Shown here: positions 22,799 through 32,280 of the stretch, piece after piece | Position numbering within the stretch: the first letter of the stretch is position 1 | Layout of the letters: every line of letters starts with the position of its first letter | Origin: Pirellulaceae bacterium | GTDB taxonomy: Bacteria > Planctomycetota > Planctomycetia > Pirellulales > Pirellulaceae | Assembly (NCBI GenBank): GCA_028289675.1 | Contig: JANQOL010000444.1 | Location: 2,026-66,025 of the forward strand | Length of the DNA stretch: 64,000 bases | Reading direction: 5' to 3' | Program-made: the position numbers and the translations under genes | The notes under the pieces: generated by a model | What the model was told of the DNA's origin: nothing | Database searches by the model: none | The model's input: only the letters and a program-made list of their open reading frames with translations

Positions 22799-24439
22799 TT
22801 AGCGCCCGGTCATTCCCCAACGATTCCTTAGAAAGGCGGCCACGACGGCGAACATGGCACCCACAGCAGCCAGCGTAAAGGCGAAATAGGCCAGGACCGG
22901 TCGCCAATCGGTGTTCAATTCTTCCGGATTGGAGCCTTCGAGAATATTCACGTCCAGGGGGACCCAGAAACTGGTCATCAGCGGGCTGGGAATGCCCAGC
23001 TGTTTGATGGTGGCCAGTACTTCTGGCGCATCGGTGATGTTGGTGGCGATGTACCAGGCGGCGACGGGCAGAAAATACAACAAGATGAGCAGTGAGTAAC
23101 TGGCCAGCATGGCCACTGAAGTCTTGCGGCAAACTGCCGAGCACAGCAGGGCACTGACGGAATTGAAGATGGCCGCCGCCAAGACGATCAAGAAAAACGC
23201 AACGATGGCTGCCCAGTTCGTGCCGTACATCTGAATGCCCAAGATGAACGCCAAAACCACAGGCCACATCAAGAACATCGTCAGCACATAGGAAACTCGA
23301 AACCCGGCCAGCAACTTGCCCCACAGGATTTGGCGCGGCAGCAAGACGGTGGTCAGCAACAGTTCCAGGGTTTGCCGTTCTCTTTCGCTGGTCAGCGCCC
23401 CAGCCGAAAACACCGGTGCCACCAAGATGTTAAACACCAGCACATAGCAGATGTACCACGGACAGTAGCGGGGATAGATGAAGAGAAACCCCGCCATCAA
23501 CGGAATCGCCAGGAGCATACTGATCTGAATCACCAACCGCAGCATCAACGTGCCCTGGCTGAATAACTCCGCATGGATCTCTTTGTCGTAAACGGGGTTG
23601 GCGTCGTCCTTCATCAAGTTGGCACGGCGCGGGGGAGCAAAAAGTCGATCGGGAAACTGATCGCGCTGAATGACCATTCCGATGGCATTCTTGGACTCTT
23701 CGTCCAGATCCACGACGTCGTTACCTTCGCTGCCCACGTCGGGCGGATACAACAAACGTCGGGCCGTCCAACCGCATAGAGCGGCGCTTACAGACAAGTA
23801 GATCGGCGGCAGCACGAGCGAAGCGATCTGCAGTCTCAGATTACCGCTGCTTTCCAATCCACGCCAAAACAGCGCTCCCGCAATCACCAATGGCAAGATC
23901 ACCAGGTAAGACACGACAAGTGACGAGGCTGTACGGCGAAAACCGCAGCTGCACGCCAATCCAATGGAGCCAAACAAAATGATCGAAATCAACAGCCACA
24001 AATAGGCGGCCAAAACCTCGTAGACGCTGACACCACCCAACGGCAACGCCAACATGATGATGGGCAGCGACGAGACAATTAGAACTGCCAGATGCGTCAG
24101 TGACGCCACCATCTTACCAATCACAATCGCCCACGGGCGCAGCGGACTGGCCAACAGCATTTCGTAGGTCTTGCGTTCCTTCTCACCACTAATGGCCCCA
24201 GCCGCGAACGTGGGCGCCATGAGCGACGCCAGCACGTACTGGCCGAGAAAGAAGAAATCCACCAACTGTCTGGCTGCCGAAGAATCCGTGGATAGATCGA
24301 CGCGCTGACCGGATGGATAAGCCACCAACAAAACGAAAGCCAGAGCCAGCTGATACACCAACATCAGCACAAAGGCGCGGTTGGCGCGCAGATTGGTAAG
24401 CAGCTCCCGCTGCATGACCGGGTTTTCAGTAATCAGCAT
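22799..24439 (-). CDS. ABC-2 type transporter permease with two fused permease halves
   Basis: NPVMQREL / NPVYDKEI and EKERKTYEMLL / ERERQTLELLL duplicated; about 12 TM. Confidence 0.88.
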   Translation of the reverse strand: MLITENPVMQRELLTNLRANRAFVLMLVYQLALAFVLLVAYPSGQRVDLSTDSSAARQLVDFFFLGQYVLASLMAPTFAAGAISGEKERKTYEMLLASPLRPWAIVIGKMVASLTHLAVLIVSSLPIIMLALPLGGVSVYEVLAAYLWLLISIILFGSIGLACSCGFRRTASSLVVSYLVILPLVIAGALFWRGLESSGNLRLQIASLVLPPIYLSVSAALCGWTARRLLYPPDVGSEGNDVVDLDEESKNAIGMVIQRDQFPDRLFAPPRRANLMKDDANPVYDKEIHAELFSQGTLMLRLVIQISMLLAIPLMAGFLFIYPRYCPWYICYVLVFNILVAPVFSAGALTSERERQTLELLLTTVLLPRQILWGKLLAGFRVSYVLTMFLMWPVVLAFILGIQMYGTNWAAIVAFFLIVLAAAIFNSVSALLCSAVCRKTSVAMLASYSLLILLYFLPVAAWYIATNITDAPEVLATIKQLGIPSPLMTSFWVPLDVNILEGSNPEELNTDWRPVLAYFAFTLAAVGAMFAVVAAFLRNRWGMTGR

Positions 24440-24545
24440 TCCAGCACGGCACCTGAAGCATCGTCACGGTTGAGGAATGCTTCAAATCTATCGACTACGT
24501 CCCCTGGAAGCTACTACCGCGACCCAGTTTATGGCTGTCAACGGT

Positions 24546-25301
24546 TCAAGCCGAGGACACGGACGTGGCGGACAGGGTGCTGCCGGATGTCGGCGCGGAC
24601 GCCAGCGCCTCGGAGGTTCGCAATTCGTAGCCGCGTCCGCGCACCGTGTAGATCAGCTTAGCCTCCGAAGCCACCGATAGCTTGGCGCGCAGGCGATTGA
24701 TGTGCACTTCGATGACGTTGGTGACCCCCTCCCAATTGGGCTCCCACAAGGACTCGCACAGCATGCGGCGCGTCACCACCCGCCCTTGAAATCGAATGAG
24801 CATTTCGAGGATACGAAATTCCGTAGGCGTTAAGCCAACCATTCGCTGTCCGCGAGTTACGCGGCGAGTCGTCAAATCCATCCTTACGCTACCCGCGGTC
24901 AGTATGGATTTAGGCAGTGCTCGGGCCCGTGCTTGCACGGCCTCCACGCGAGCCTTCAACTCGGGCATCGTAAACGGTTTGACGAGAAAGTCGTCCGCCC
25001 CCGCCTCCAGGGCCTCTAGTCGCTCTCGCCGACGATCTGGGGCCGACAGCAGCAGCACTGGCGAGGAGGCTCCCAACTCGCGCGCACCTCTCAGAAATTG
25101 CATACTCGATTGATCTCGCAGCCCTAAATCCAAGATGGTCAGTGAGTGGATTTCGCGACCCAACCGCTCCAGTGCGGCGGCTCCGGTTGTGACTACGCGG
25201 CAATCAAAACCTTCGCGGCCAAATTCGTCGGCGATGGCATCGGCCAGCACGGCATCATCTTCGATGACCAACAACCGTTTCTCGGAATCTGTGAAGATCA
25301 T
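24546..25301 (-). CDS. OmpR-family response regulator
   Basis: IEDD, ILD, GADDFLVKPF, LTPTEF, NVIEVHINRLRAKL, TVRGRGY. Confidence 0.93.
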   Translation of the reverse strand: MIFTDSEKRLLVIEDDAVLADAIADEFGREGFDCRVVTTGAAALERLGREIHSLTILDLGLRDQSSMQFLRGARELGASSPVLLLSAPDRRRERLEALEAGADDFLVKPFTMPELKARVEAVQARARALPKSILTAGSVRMDLTTRRVTRGQRMVGLTPTEFRILEMLIRFQGRVVTRRMLCESLWEPNWEGVTNVIEVHINRLRAKLSVASEAKLIYTVRGRGYELRTSEALASAPTSGSTLSATSVSSA

Positions 25302-25740
25302 TCGCTGTAGCAAAAAGAGGGATTCGAAGAATCAGCTTGGGTAACCGTGGGCACCGCGTTTCTTGGACCGGAGCGTCGATGGCAACCAATTGCGGCGAAG
25401 ATCAAACTAAAAAATTCTGCCAAGACCACGCGTTGCACCTACGGGCCGCTCGAATCGATGGCTGGTAAGTTTCCACGAAACGGCTGCCAAAGACGCACCT
25501 CAAGCCCATGAAAGCCTTCAGAAATGGGGCTCCCGTCCTAGAACATTAACCCCGGAAATGGCTCAACAGATCGTTGCAAAACCAAAAAAAATAGCGGAGG
25601 TTTTGGAAGTCCATCCTCGTGGCCGCGTGTTGACTGATGGAATAGAGTCGAACAATTCTTCTATTTAGCGTAGCCTGTTGTTGGCGATGGTGAGCACCAC
25701 AATCGTTGATGCCGCAGTCTAGGTCGCGGTGCAGCTTGCG

Positions 25741-27063
25741 CTAGGTGCTTTTGGCGGCCTTTAGCCGAGCTCGAATCGCTTCTAATCGAGGAGCGACTTC
25801 CGCTTCCCAACCGCGCGACGAAGGTTCGTAAAAGGTACGGTCGACTCCCAGATAGTCTTGGTCGGCGATGCCGTCGGCCATGTCATGCGGATAGACGTAA
25901 CCTTCGCCGTGCCCCAGCTCTTTGGCGCCAGCATAGTGGGCGTCCCTGAGATGTTGAGGCACGGGGATCAACTTGCCCTCCCTCACTTCACTCATAGCCG
26001 CGCCAATCGCCCGCGTGGCGGCGTTGCTCTTGGCGGCGCATGCCAAATAGATCACCGTTTGCGACAGCGTCAACTGGCACTCCGGCAACCCGATAAACTC
26101 GCAAGCTTGCGTGGCCGCCATCGCCAGGGGAAGCGCGTGCGGATCCGCATTGCCGATATCTTCGCTGGCCAAAATGACGAGTCGTCGGCACAAGAAGCGA
26201 ATATCCTCGCCGGCTTCCAACATCCTAGCCAACCAGTACAGGGCGGCATCGGGATCGCTACCGCGGATACTCTTGATGAGCGCGCTGACGATGTCGTAGT
26301 GTTCGTCCCCCGTCCCGTCATATTGAATCGTCTTTTGCTGCATCGACTCGCGAATGACCTCGCGATCCAGACGGATCGGTCGTTCTGAAGTGGAGAGCAC
26401 GGCCAGTTCTACGACTCCCAACGCACGTCGCGCGTCTCCTTCGCACAGGTCGGCCAAATAAGCGATGGCCTCCGGTTCCACATCGATCGGGTAATTGCCC
26501 AAACCGCGCTCCGCATCATTGAGTGCCCCTAGCACCAATGACTCCAGAGCGGCGCTATCGATCGGCTGCAGCTGAAACAACTGGCTCCGGCTAAGCAGAG
26601 CACCATTGACGGCAAAGTACGGATTGCTGGTGGTCGCGCCGATCAGGCTGACCACACCATCTTCCACATCCGGTAGCAAGGCATCTTGTTGCGCTCGGTT
26701 GAACCGGTGAATTTCATCGACAAATAGCAACGGCCGAGGACCGCCGGTGGCGATTTCATCGCGGGCCCAACGCAGGATTTCGCGCAAGTCCTTGACTCCG
26801 CTAGTAACCGCGCTCAGCTGTTTGAGCTGTCCTCCGGTCTCTGCGGCCAACAGGTGGGCCAGGGTCGTCTTTCCCGTGCCTGGTGGCCCCCAAAAAATGA
26901 CCGAGCCGATGCGTCCCGCCGCGATCATCCGGCGCAGCAACTTACCTTCGCCCAAGATATGCTCTTGCCCCATGAACTCGGACAGCTGGCGGGGTCGCAT
27001 GCGCGCTGCCAAGGGAAGATTCCGGCGCCGGTTTTCAGCTTCTTCGTCCGCAAATAAGTCCAT
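25741..27063 (-). CDS. rarA: Replication-associated recombination protein A (RarA/MgsA)
   Basis: PLAARMRP, GPPGTGKTT, DEIHRFN, SALIKSIRGSDPDAA, ASEDIGNADP. Confidence 0.97.
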   Translation of the reverse strand: MDLFADEEAENRRRNLPLAARMRPRQLSEFMGQEHILGEGKLLRRMIAAGRIGSVIFWGPPGTGKTTLAHLLAAETGGQLKQLSAVTSGVKDLREILRWARDEIATGGPRPLLFVDEIHRFNRAQQDALLPDVEDGVVSLIGATTSNPYFAVNGALLSRSQLFQLQPIDSAALESLVLGALNDAERGLGNYPIDVEPEAIAYLADLCEGDARRALGVVELAVLSTSERPIRLDREVIRESMQQKTIQYDGTGDEHYDIVSALIKSIRGSDPDAALYWLARMLEAGEDIRFLCRRLVILASEDIGNADPHALPLAMAATQACEFIGLPECQLTLSQTVIYLACAAKSNAATRAIGAAMSEVREGKLIPVPQHLRDAHYAGAKELGHGEGYVYPHDMADGIADQDYLGVDRTFYEPSSRGWEAEVAPRLEAIRARLKAAKST

Positions 27064-27065
27064 CG

Positions 27066-28784
27066 TCAGTGGCTCCGTCGAGCGTCAAGTTGCGCGGTGG
27101 CCCAAGGTACCAGTTGCTCGCGAAAAATCTTCGAATTGTGCCGTATGTCCGTCGGCAGCCGCTTCGGGAATATCAGCACCTGGTCGATCGTCCGCGTCAG
27201 CTCGTGCTCGGAGGCCAAGTTTCGCAGCTGCGTAACCAGCTGCTCACGATTCATCGAATCGGCGGGCATGTTTTCCGGCCAGGGCTCGGCGATCAGTACC
27301 GGAGTCTGTTGGCCGGCAGGCCCAACTCCGACGAGCGCGCTACGGTGAATATGCGGATGAGTATTGAAAATGGCTTCACAGGTTTCAGTATACAGCTCCC
27401 CGCCTGCCGTCCGCACACGGTGGGACTTGCGGCCACAACACCAAAACCGCTGCTGATCGTCCACGTAGCCCACGTCTCCCATGCGATGCCAGATTCCGGT
27501 CTCGTCGCGCACTTTATGAAAGGCATTTTGATCCGTTCTGGTGACATACCGCTCGGTCACCACCGGGCCGCGCACAACCAACTCGCCAATCTCGCCGACC
27601 GGCAACTCGTGCAGCTCATTCAAGCGTTCGGCCGTACCATCGTCGATGGCCACAACTTTCCACTCGATGCCCGGAAAACGCCTGCCCACGCAAGTACCGG
27701 CGCCCTGTTGACACTTGTCAGCGGTCTCCCCAAGTACCTCGCGGGATTCGATGGAAGCAACCGGCAACGCTTCAGTCGCACCGTAGGGAGTGAACATCTC
27801 CCCGTCTTCGTGCATCGTCTGCCGCATCCACTGCAGAACATGTGGTGGCACCGGTGCACCGGCGGAAAACACTCGCCGCAGCGAAGGCACTCGGCGTTCC
27901 TGGTCGATGGCATAGCGTGCGAACGTGGTCCATAGAGCGGGCGAACCAAATGCTTGATTGATGCCCCATTGATCCATCGCATCCATTAAACGAGGAGGAT
28001 CCACGTCGGCCGGTCGCGTGGGATCCATGTCTGGAATAACGGTGGTCGTGCCCATCATAGCGTTGAACAAACCGAATAACGGGAACCCCGACAGATCGCA
28101 GCCACCAGGCTGAATTTGGTAGTGGTCGACTAACTGGTCGATTTGACTGTTGAACGTCTGGTGCGTGTACAACACGCCTTTCGGCGGTCCCGTGCTGCCA
28201 GTGGTAAAGATAATGGCCGCCTCGGAATCCAGACTGATGTCCGGCGGCCGATACGTGGCCGAGGGCGTGCCGGCCAGCTGGTCCAGTGTCGGTTTGGGAA
28301 GCAACCCAAACCGGCGCCCAACGGTAACATTGAGAGTCGCCTTTGGAAATCGCCGACGCATGGCCATGCGTATCGCTTGGGCGGCGGGAATAGCCACAAA
28401 GCCATCCGGTTGCGTGTCTTCCAGGCACTTGATCAGGTTCTTTCGGCCCATGCCCGGATCAATCAGCACCACCACGGCACCGGCTTTGAGCAACGCGAAG
28501 ACCAACGAAATAAAGTCCGTACCGAACTTCACCAGCATGACGATACGCTGCCCAGGCCGGACTCCCATCTGTTGAAACCCGGCTGCCATGGACGAAGTCT
28601 GAAGTTCCAGATCGGCGAAGCTGAGTGATGCGTAGTCTCGACTCTCGCCGGTCCGATAGCGGCCCAGTGGACGCGCCAAGGCGACTTGCGAGGGCTGACG
28701 CGCGGCCACGATGCGCAACCTGGAAGCCACATTGGGGAACGGGCCTTCGTCCGGTCTGTTCTCAGCAAAGCTAGACATGGCCAT
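27066..28784 (-). CDS. oleC: OleC-like adenylate-forming enzyme (olefin beta-lactone synthetase family)
   Basis: IDPGMG, FTTGSTGPPKGV, DMDPTRPA, TPYGATEALP, WHRMGD, CGRKSHRV, DIRHNSKIFRE. Start could extend to 28865. Confidence 0.85.
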   Translation of the reverse strand: MAMSSFAENRPDEGPFPNVASRLRIVAARQPSQVALARPLGRYRTGESRDYASLSFADLELQTSSMAAGFQQMGVRPGQRIVMLVKFGTDFISLVFALLKAGAVVVLIDPGMGRKNLIKCLEDTQPDGFVAIPAAQAIRMAMRRRFPKATLNVTVGRRFGLLPKPTLDQLAGTPSATYRPPDISLDSEAAIIFTTGSTGPPKGVLYTHQTFNSQIDQLVDHYQIQPGGCDLSGFPLFGLFNAMMGTTTVIPDMDPTRPADVDPPRLMDAMDQWGINQAFGSPALWTTFARYAIDQERRVPSLRRVFSAGAPVPPHVLQWMRQTMHEDGEMFTPYGATEALPVASIESREVLGETADKCQQGAGTCVGRRFPGIEWKVVAIDDGTAERLNELHELPVGEIGELVVRGPVVTERYVTRTDQNAFHKVRDETGIWHRMGDVGYVDDQQRFWCCGRKSHRVRTAGGELYTETCEAIFNTHPHIHRSALVGVGPAGQQTPVLIAEPWPENMPADSMNREQLVTQLRNLASEHELTRTIDQVLIFPKRLPTDIRHNSKIFREQLVPWATAQLDARRSH

Positions 28785-28883
28785 ATAGAACCAATTGCCT
28801 TTCCATGCGCCTCGTTTCGGGTAACTCGGCCGGCTGGCCTCGACGGACAGTTCGCTGTCGCGCAAGTCGCAGGCCGCCTCGCG

Positions 28884-29825
28884 TCACGATTCGTCCTGCG
28901 TCGAATCCCGGCTATCGGAAACCTGCGACGCGTCGCGCGCGTAGGTCAGTATCTTATCGGCTATATCGACGCCCAGCGCACGCTCAACTCCTCGCCAACC
29001 CGGCACGGCATTCACTTCCAGCACAGTCAACCGTCCATCGCGACAAGGAAGCAAATCCACTCCGATCACTTGTCCGTCCACAGCACGCACGCAGCGTCGG
29101 GCAAGTTCCAGTTGTTGGTCGGTCAACGTGTGGGCAACCGCGCGACTTCCCTGGGAGAGGTTGGTGCGCCATTCCGCGGGACCAGCGTGACGCTGAATGG
29201 CAAAAGGCTCCTGGCCGATCATCAGCACTCGCACATCGTAACCCATATGTGCCTGGAATTGTTGCAAATACATCACGCTGTCCAGTTGCTGCAGCGTACT
29301 GAACACGCGCCAGGCCATGTCGCTGTCGGTGACGCGCAGTAGCCCCCGCCCTTCACCGCCGAACAATGGCTTGACGACGACGTCACCGCCCAGCCGCTCG
29401 AAGGCCGCCAACGCCGCGTCACGGGACTGGCAAGCGATGGTCCACGGTACCTCGATGCCCGCCGACCGGAGGCGATCTAGCGTCAACCATTTGTCAATCG
29501 CCACTTCCAAACATCGCGGGGCATTGATCACTGCAGTGCCAGCGCGACGTAAAACTTGCAAGCAGTCCATACGGAAAATGACTTGTTCCAGCGAGCCCAG
29601 TGGCATCGACCGTACCAGCAGAGCATCCAAGTTGGCCAAGCAGTCCGCCGGCTTCACAGCCCGATCGATTTCGACCGCCAGCTCTCCGAATCCGATGGTC
29701 TCCAACTGCACATCGTCTCGACCGTCGGCCGCTCGAATCAAGCGTCGAACGTAGGGACTATTGGCGGACCCCAGCACACCAATACGTCGAGTGGCTTGCG
29801 CGTCCAAGGCTCGTTGCGAACTCAA
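28884..29825 (-). CDS. RimK-family ATP-grasp ligase (methanopterin glutamylation, Orf5-like)
   Basis: GSLEQVIFRMD, VVKPLFGGEGRG, WRTNLSQG, LEVNAVPGW; overlaps the mch stop codon. Confidence 0.88.
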   Translation of the reverse strand: MSSQRALDAQATRRIGVLGSANSPYVRRLIRAADGRDDVQLETIGFGELAVEIDRAVKPADCLANLDALLVRSMPLGSLEQVIFRMDCLQVLRRAGTAVINAPRCLEVAIDKWLTLDRLRSAGIEVPWTIACQSRDAALAAFERLGGDVVVKPLFGGEGRGLLRVTDSDMAWRVFSTLQQLDSVMYLQQFQAHMGYDVRVLMIGQEPFAIQRHAGPAEWRTNLSQGSRAVAHTLTDQQLELARRCVRAVDGQVIGVDLLPCRDGRLTVLEVNAVPGWRGVERALGVDIADKILTYARDASQVSDSRDSTQDES

Positions 29826-30793
29826 GCGGCTTCCGTCCCGAAAGATTGAGCGATCAAATCAGCGCGCTGACCGCCAAATTTCCAGCTGCGGCCGCTCCGC
29901 ACACTCATCAGCAGCACCTCGGCGGGACTGAACAAACCCGGATCGATCTTGTAGAAGTCCGAATCGTATTGGGCAAAAATCTCCGCGAAAGGCCGGCCAA
30001 AATCCTGAGACGCCTGGCTAGGTAGTTGGGCTCCCACTTGCTGGATCAAGTCGTCATCGGCATCCATCCAAAGACTTACGTGGGCACCGTAGAGGATGGC
30101 ATCGTTGGTGCGGCCTATCCCCAGTGCAAAGTCCGGCGTCGGCGGACACAGCGGCGCCAGTCCGTAAGCGTTGCGCACGGCTTCCAGGGGGAATTCCAAA
30201 TCGTGGAGTTTGTGCATGGCCGTCTCCACACTACGGGCCACCACCTGCGCGCACCCAGCCACGCTACGCGTCGGTGCCACAGCCAGACACAGATCACGTG
30301 GTTCCACCTGACACTGGGCGGCCATGTGCTCAGCCAACGAGTCATTGGGGATTCGATCGCATTCCAACGTGCCCACCGCAATGGCTTGCGAATCTCGAGC
30401 GGACAGCGACTGCAGCAGAGGTTCTTGACCGCGACGGACTCGCATGGCGCCGGAGCCCATGGCAAAGAAACTATCCAATTTGACCGGCCAGCCCGCGTAC
30501 TGAGCCAGCATGCAAGCCACTGCCGGCTGATCAGTGGCAACTTGGATCCAGGGCCCCGGCCACAGTTGGCGATCTCCGCCGACCAAGTTGACGCGTGCGC
30601 GACCGGCCAAGCATATCGACGCCATTTCCAATCCGGCTGCCAGTCCAGCTGGCGCGCGAACACCAAAATCTAAAACTTGCGTTCCACAATCAAGCTCGAT
30701 CGCCTCAATGCCCAATTCAGCGGCACGCTGACGACAATCCATAAACACGCGCTGTGCCGATCGATTTAGCCCGTCGGCAGATATCAAACTCAT
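29822..30793 (-). CDS. mch: Methenyltetrahydromethanopterin cyclohydrolase
   Basis: QYAGW, AMGSG, QVVARSVETAMHK, GRTNDAILYG, DFYKIDPGLFSPA. Confidence 0.96.
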   Translation of the reverse strand: MSLISADGLNRSAQRVFMDCRQRAAELGIEAIELDCGTQVLDFGVRAPAGLAAGLEMASICLAGRARVNLVGGDRQLWPGPWIQVATDQPAVACMLAQYAGWPVKLDSFFAMGSGAMRVRRGQEPLLQSLSARDSQAIAVGTLECDRIPNDSLAEHMAAQCQVEPRDLCLAVAPTRSVAGCAQVVARSVETAMHKLHDLEFPLEAVRNAYGLAPLCPPTPDFALGIGRTNDAILYGAHVSLWMDADDDLIQQVGAQLPSQASQDFGRPFAEIFAQYDSDFYKIDPGLFSPAEVLLMSVRSGRSWKFGGQRADLIAQSFGTEAA

Positions 30794-31097
30794 TCTGTTG
30801 CACCTGATCATTGCCTTAGATGGCTGTTTCCCACACCCGGCGGTTGCCCAGATTAGGTCAAGTCGACCTCACTCGCAGCGGACATGCACCGTCGTCGATG
30901 TCGGGCGGACCGAAGACCGACAAGTCGACGCACACAGTGAAGTCGCCATGATGTGCGGTTTGGAACTGTTCGGCAAGCCGCTACACTGGTCTTTTCAACA
31001 ACGCAGGTCGTTTCGACGCCACAAGTCGTTTCGACCAGTTTGTCCGTCAGCACGGCAGCCATCTACGGGCGAGCAACCTCGGCTGAAGAGGTCAACG

Positions 31098-31763
31098 GTG
31101 CCAAGTCCGACGATAGAAAACTACGCCAAGGCCATCTACCAATTGACCGGTGGCCAAACGGATCGTTCGGCGGCCACGGGTTCGCTAGCTAGTCTGCTGC
31201 GCGTTTCGCCCAGCAGTGTCACCAGCATGTTCAAGACCCTACAAGAAAGTGGCCTGGCCGAACACCGACCCTACGAAGGCGTCAAACTGACCGACAAAGG
31301 TGTCAAACTGGCGTTGCGCGTGCTACGGCGACATCGACTAATTGAGTTGTTTCTCGTACGGACTCTTGATCTCAGCTGGGACGAAGTGCACGAGGAGGCA
31401 GAACACATGGAACATGCCGTCAGTGATCTGCTGATCGATCGTATCGACGCGTTTCTGGAATTTCCGGAACTGGATCCTCACGGTGACCCGATTCCGAAAA
31501 GTGACGGCAGCGTTGCCACCAGTAAACACACTCCACTGGACCAATGTCCTTGCGGCATGAAACTCACCTTGGAACGCGTGCTCGGGCAAGATCCTGAGTT
31601 CTTGCGATACCTCAGCGACGCCGGACTCGGGTTAGGTACGTCGTTGAGCATTGTTTCGGAAAACCGCCCAGCAGGTACAGTCATCGTCGAGGTCGCGGGC
31701 AATCACGTGACCTTAGGTCGCGACTCCGCAAAATTGTTGTTGATGGGTAGTCCGAACAACTAA
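31098..31763 (+). CDS. DtxR/MntR-family metal-dependent regulator with FeoA domain
   Basis: GTG start PSPTIENYAKAIY, RRHRLIELFL, VHEEAEHMEH, DPHGDPIP. Confidence 0.93.
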   Translation: MPSPTIENYAKAIYQLTGGQTDRSAATGSLASLLRVSPSSVTSMFKTLQESGLAEHRPYEGVKLTDKGVKLALRVLRRHRLIELFLVRTLDLSWDEVHEEAEHMEHAVSDLLIDRIDAFLEFPELDPHGDPIPKSDGSVATSKHTPLDQCPCGMKLTLERVLGQDPEFLRYLSDAGLGLGTSLSIVSENRPAGTVIVEVAGNHVTLGRDSAKLLLMGSPNN

Positions 31764-32179
31764 GAGAGCATTTGAGATACCAAAGAAAGACTTCCAGACA
31801 AAGAGTCAAAACTGTCGTCTGCGCTGGTTTGAATTCGTTCTTATCGTTTGCCGTTATGCCTTAGTATGGTGCGACAATTGCACGGGCAACTCCCGGCTAT
31901 GCAATCTTTTCAAAAATGATTCTGCGCGAGTTTACGTGAATTCTGTAAATGATCGGCCCATCTTTCGACGATCAACCTTGCTGCCAGCTTATCTGAGCCT
32001 ATGATTAATTTGTGGGCTCGAATAGCCTGCGGAAATTGAACTTCCGGCCGTTCATTCGGCAGAGGGACCAATTTTTGGCGTTGGCCTAGATCAACAGTAG
32101 CATGTGCAGTAGCACGCTCGATCTTCGCCAGTCTCGCAGCGGCTCCGTTTTTGCCGCCGTGGTCGGAAGATTCGCTAAT

Positions 32180-32233
32180 AGCCGTCAAGGTCATCAACTC
32201 GCAAGAGTGATCGCTCCTTGATGGCTTTTTTTT
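32180..32233 (+). terminator. Intrinsic terminator-like hairpin
   Basis: AGCCGTCAAGG...CCTTGATGGCT stem with inner ACTC-GCAA-GAGT tetraloop, followed by 8 T. Confidence 0.65.
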
Positions 32234-32280
32234 GCACATGGTTGCAGCTTCGGCGAGCCACATGTGTTGGCAAATGCGGG

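Noticed and set aside
30798-31097. 100-aa N-terminal extension of the MntR-like ORF
   Set aside because: Homology starts at GTG 31098; the extension would fill the divergent promoter region.
31910-32263. 117-aa - strand ORF in the regulator-pyrC gap
   Set aside because: No recognisable RBS or motif, and it runs through the terminator hairpin.
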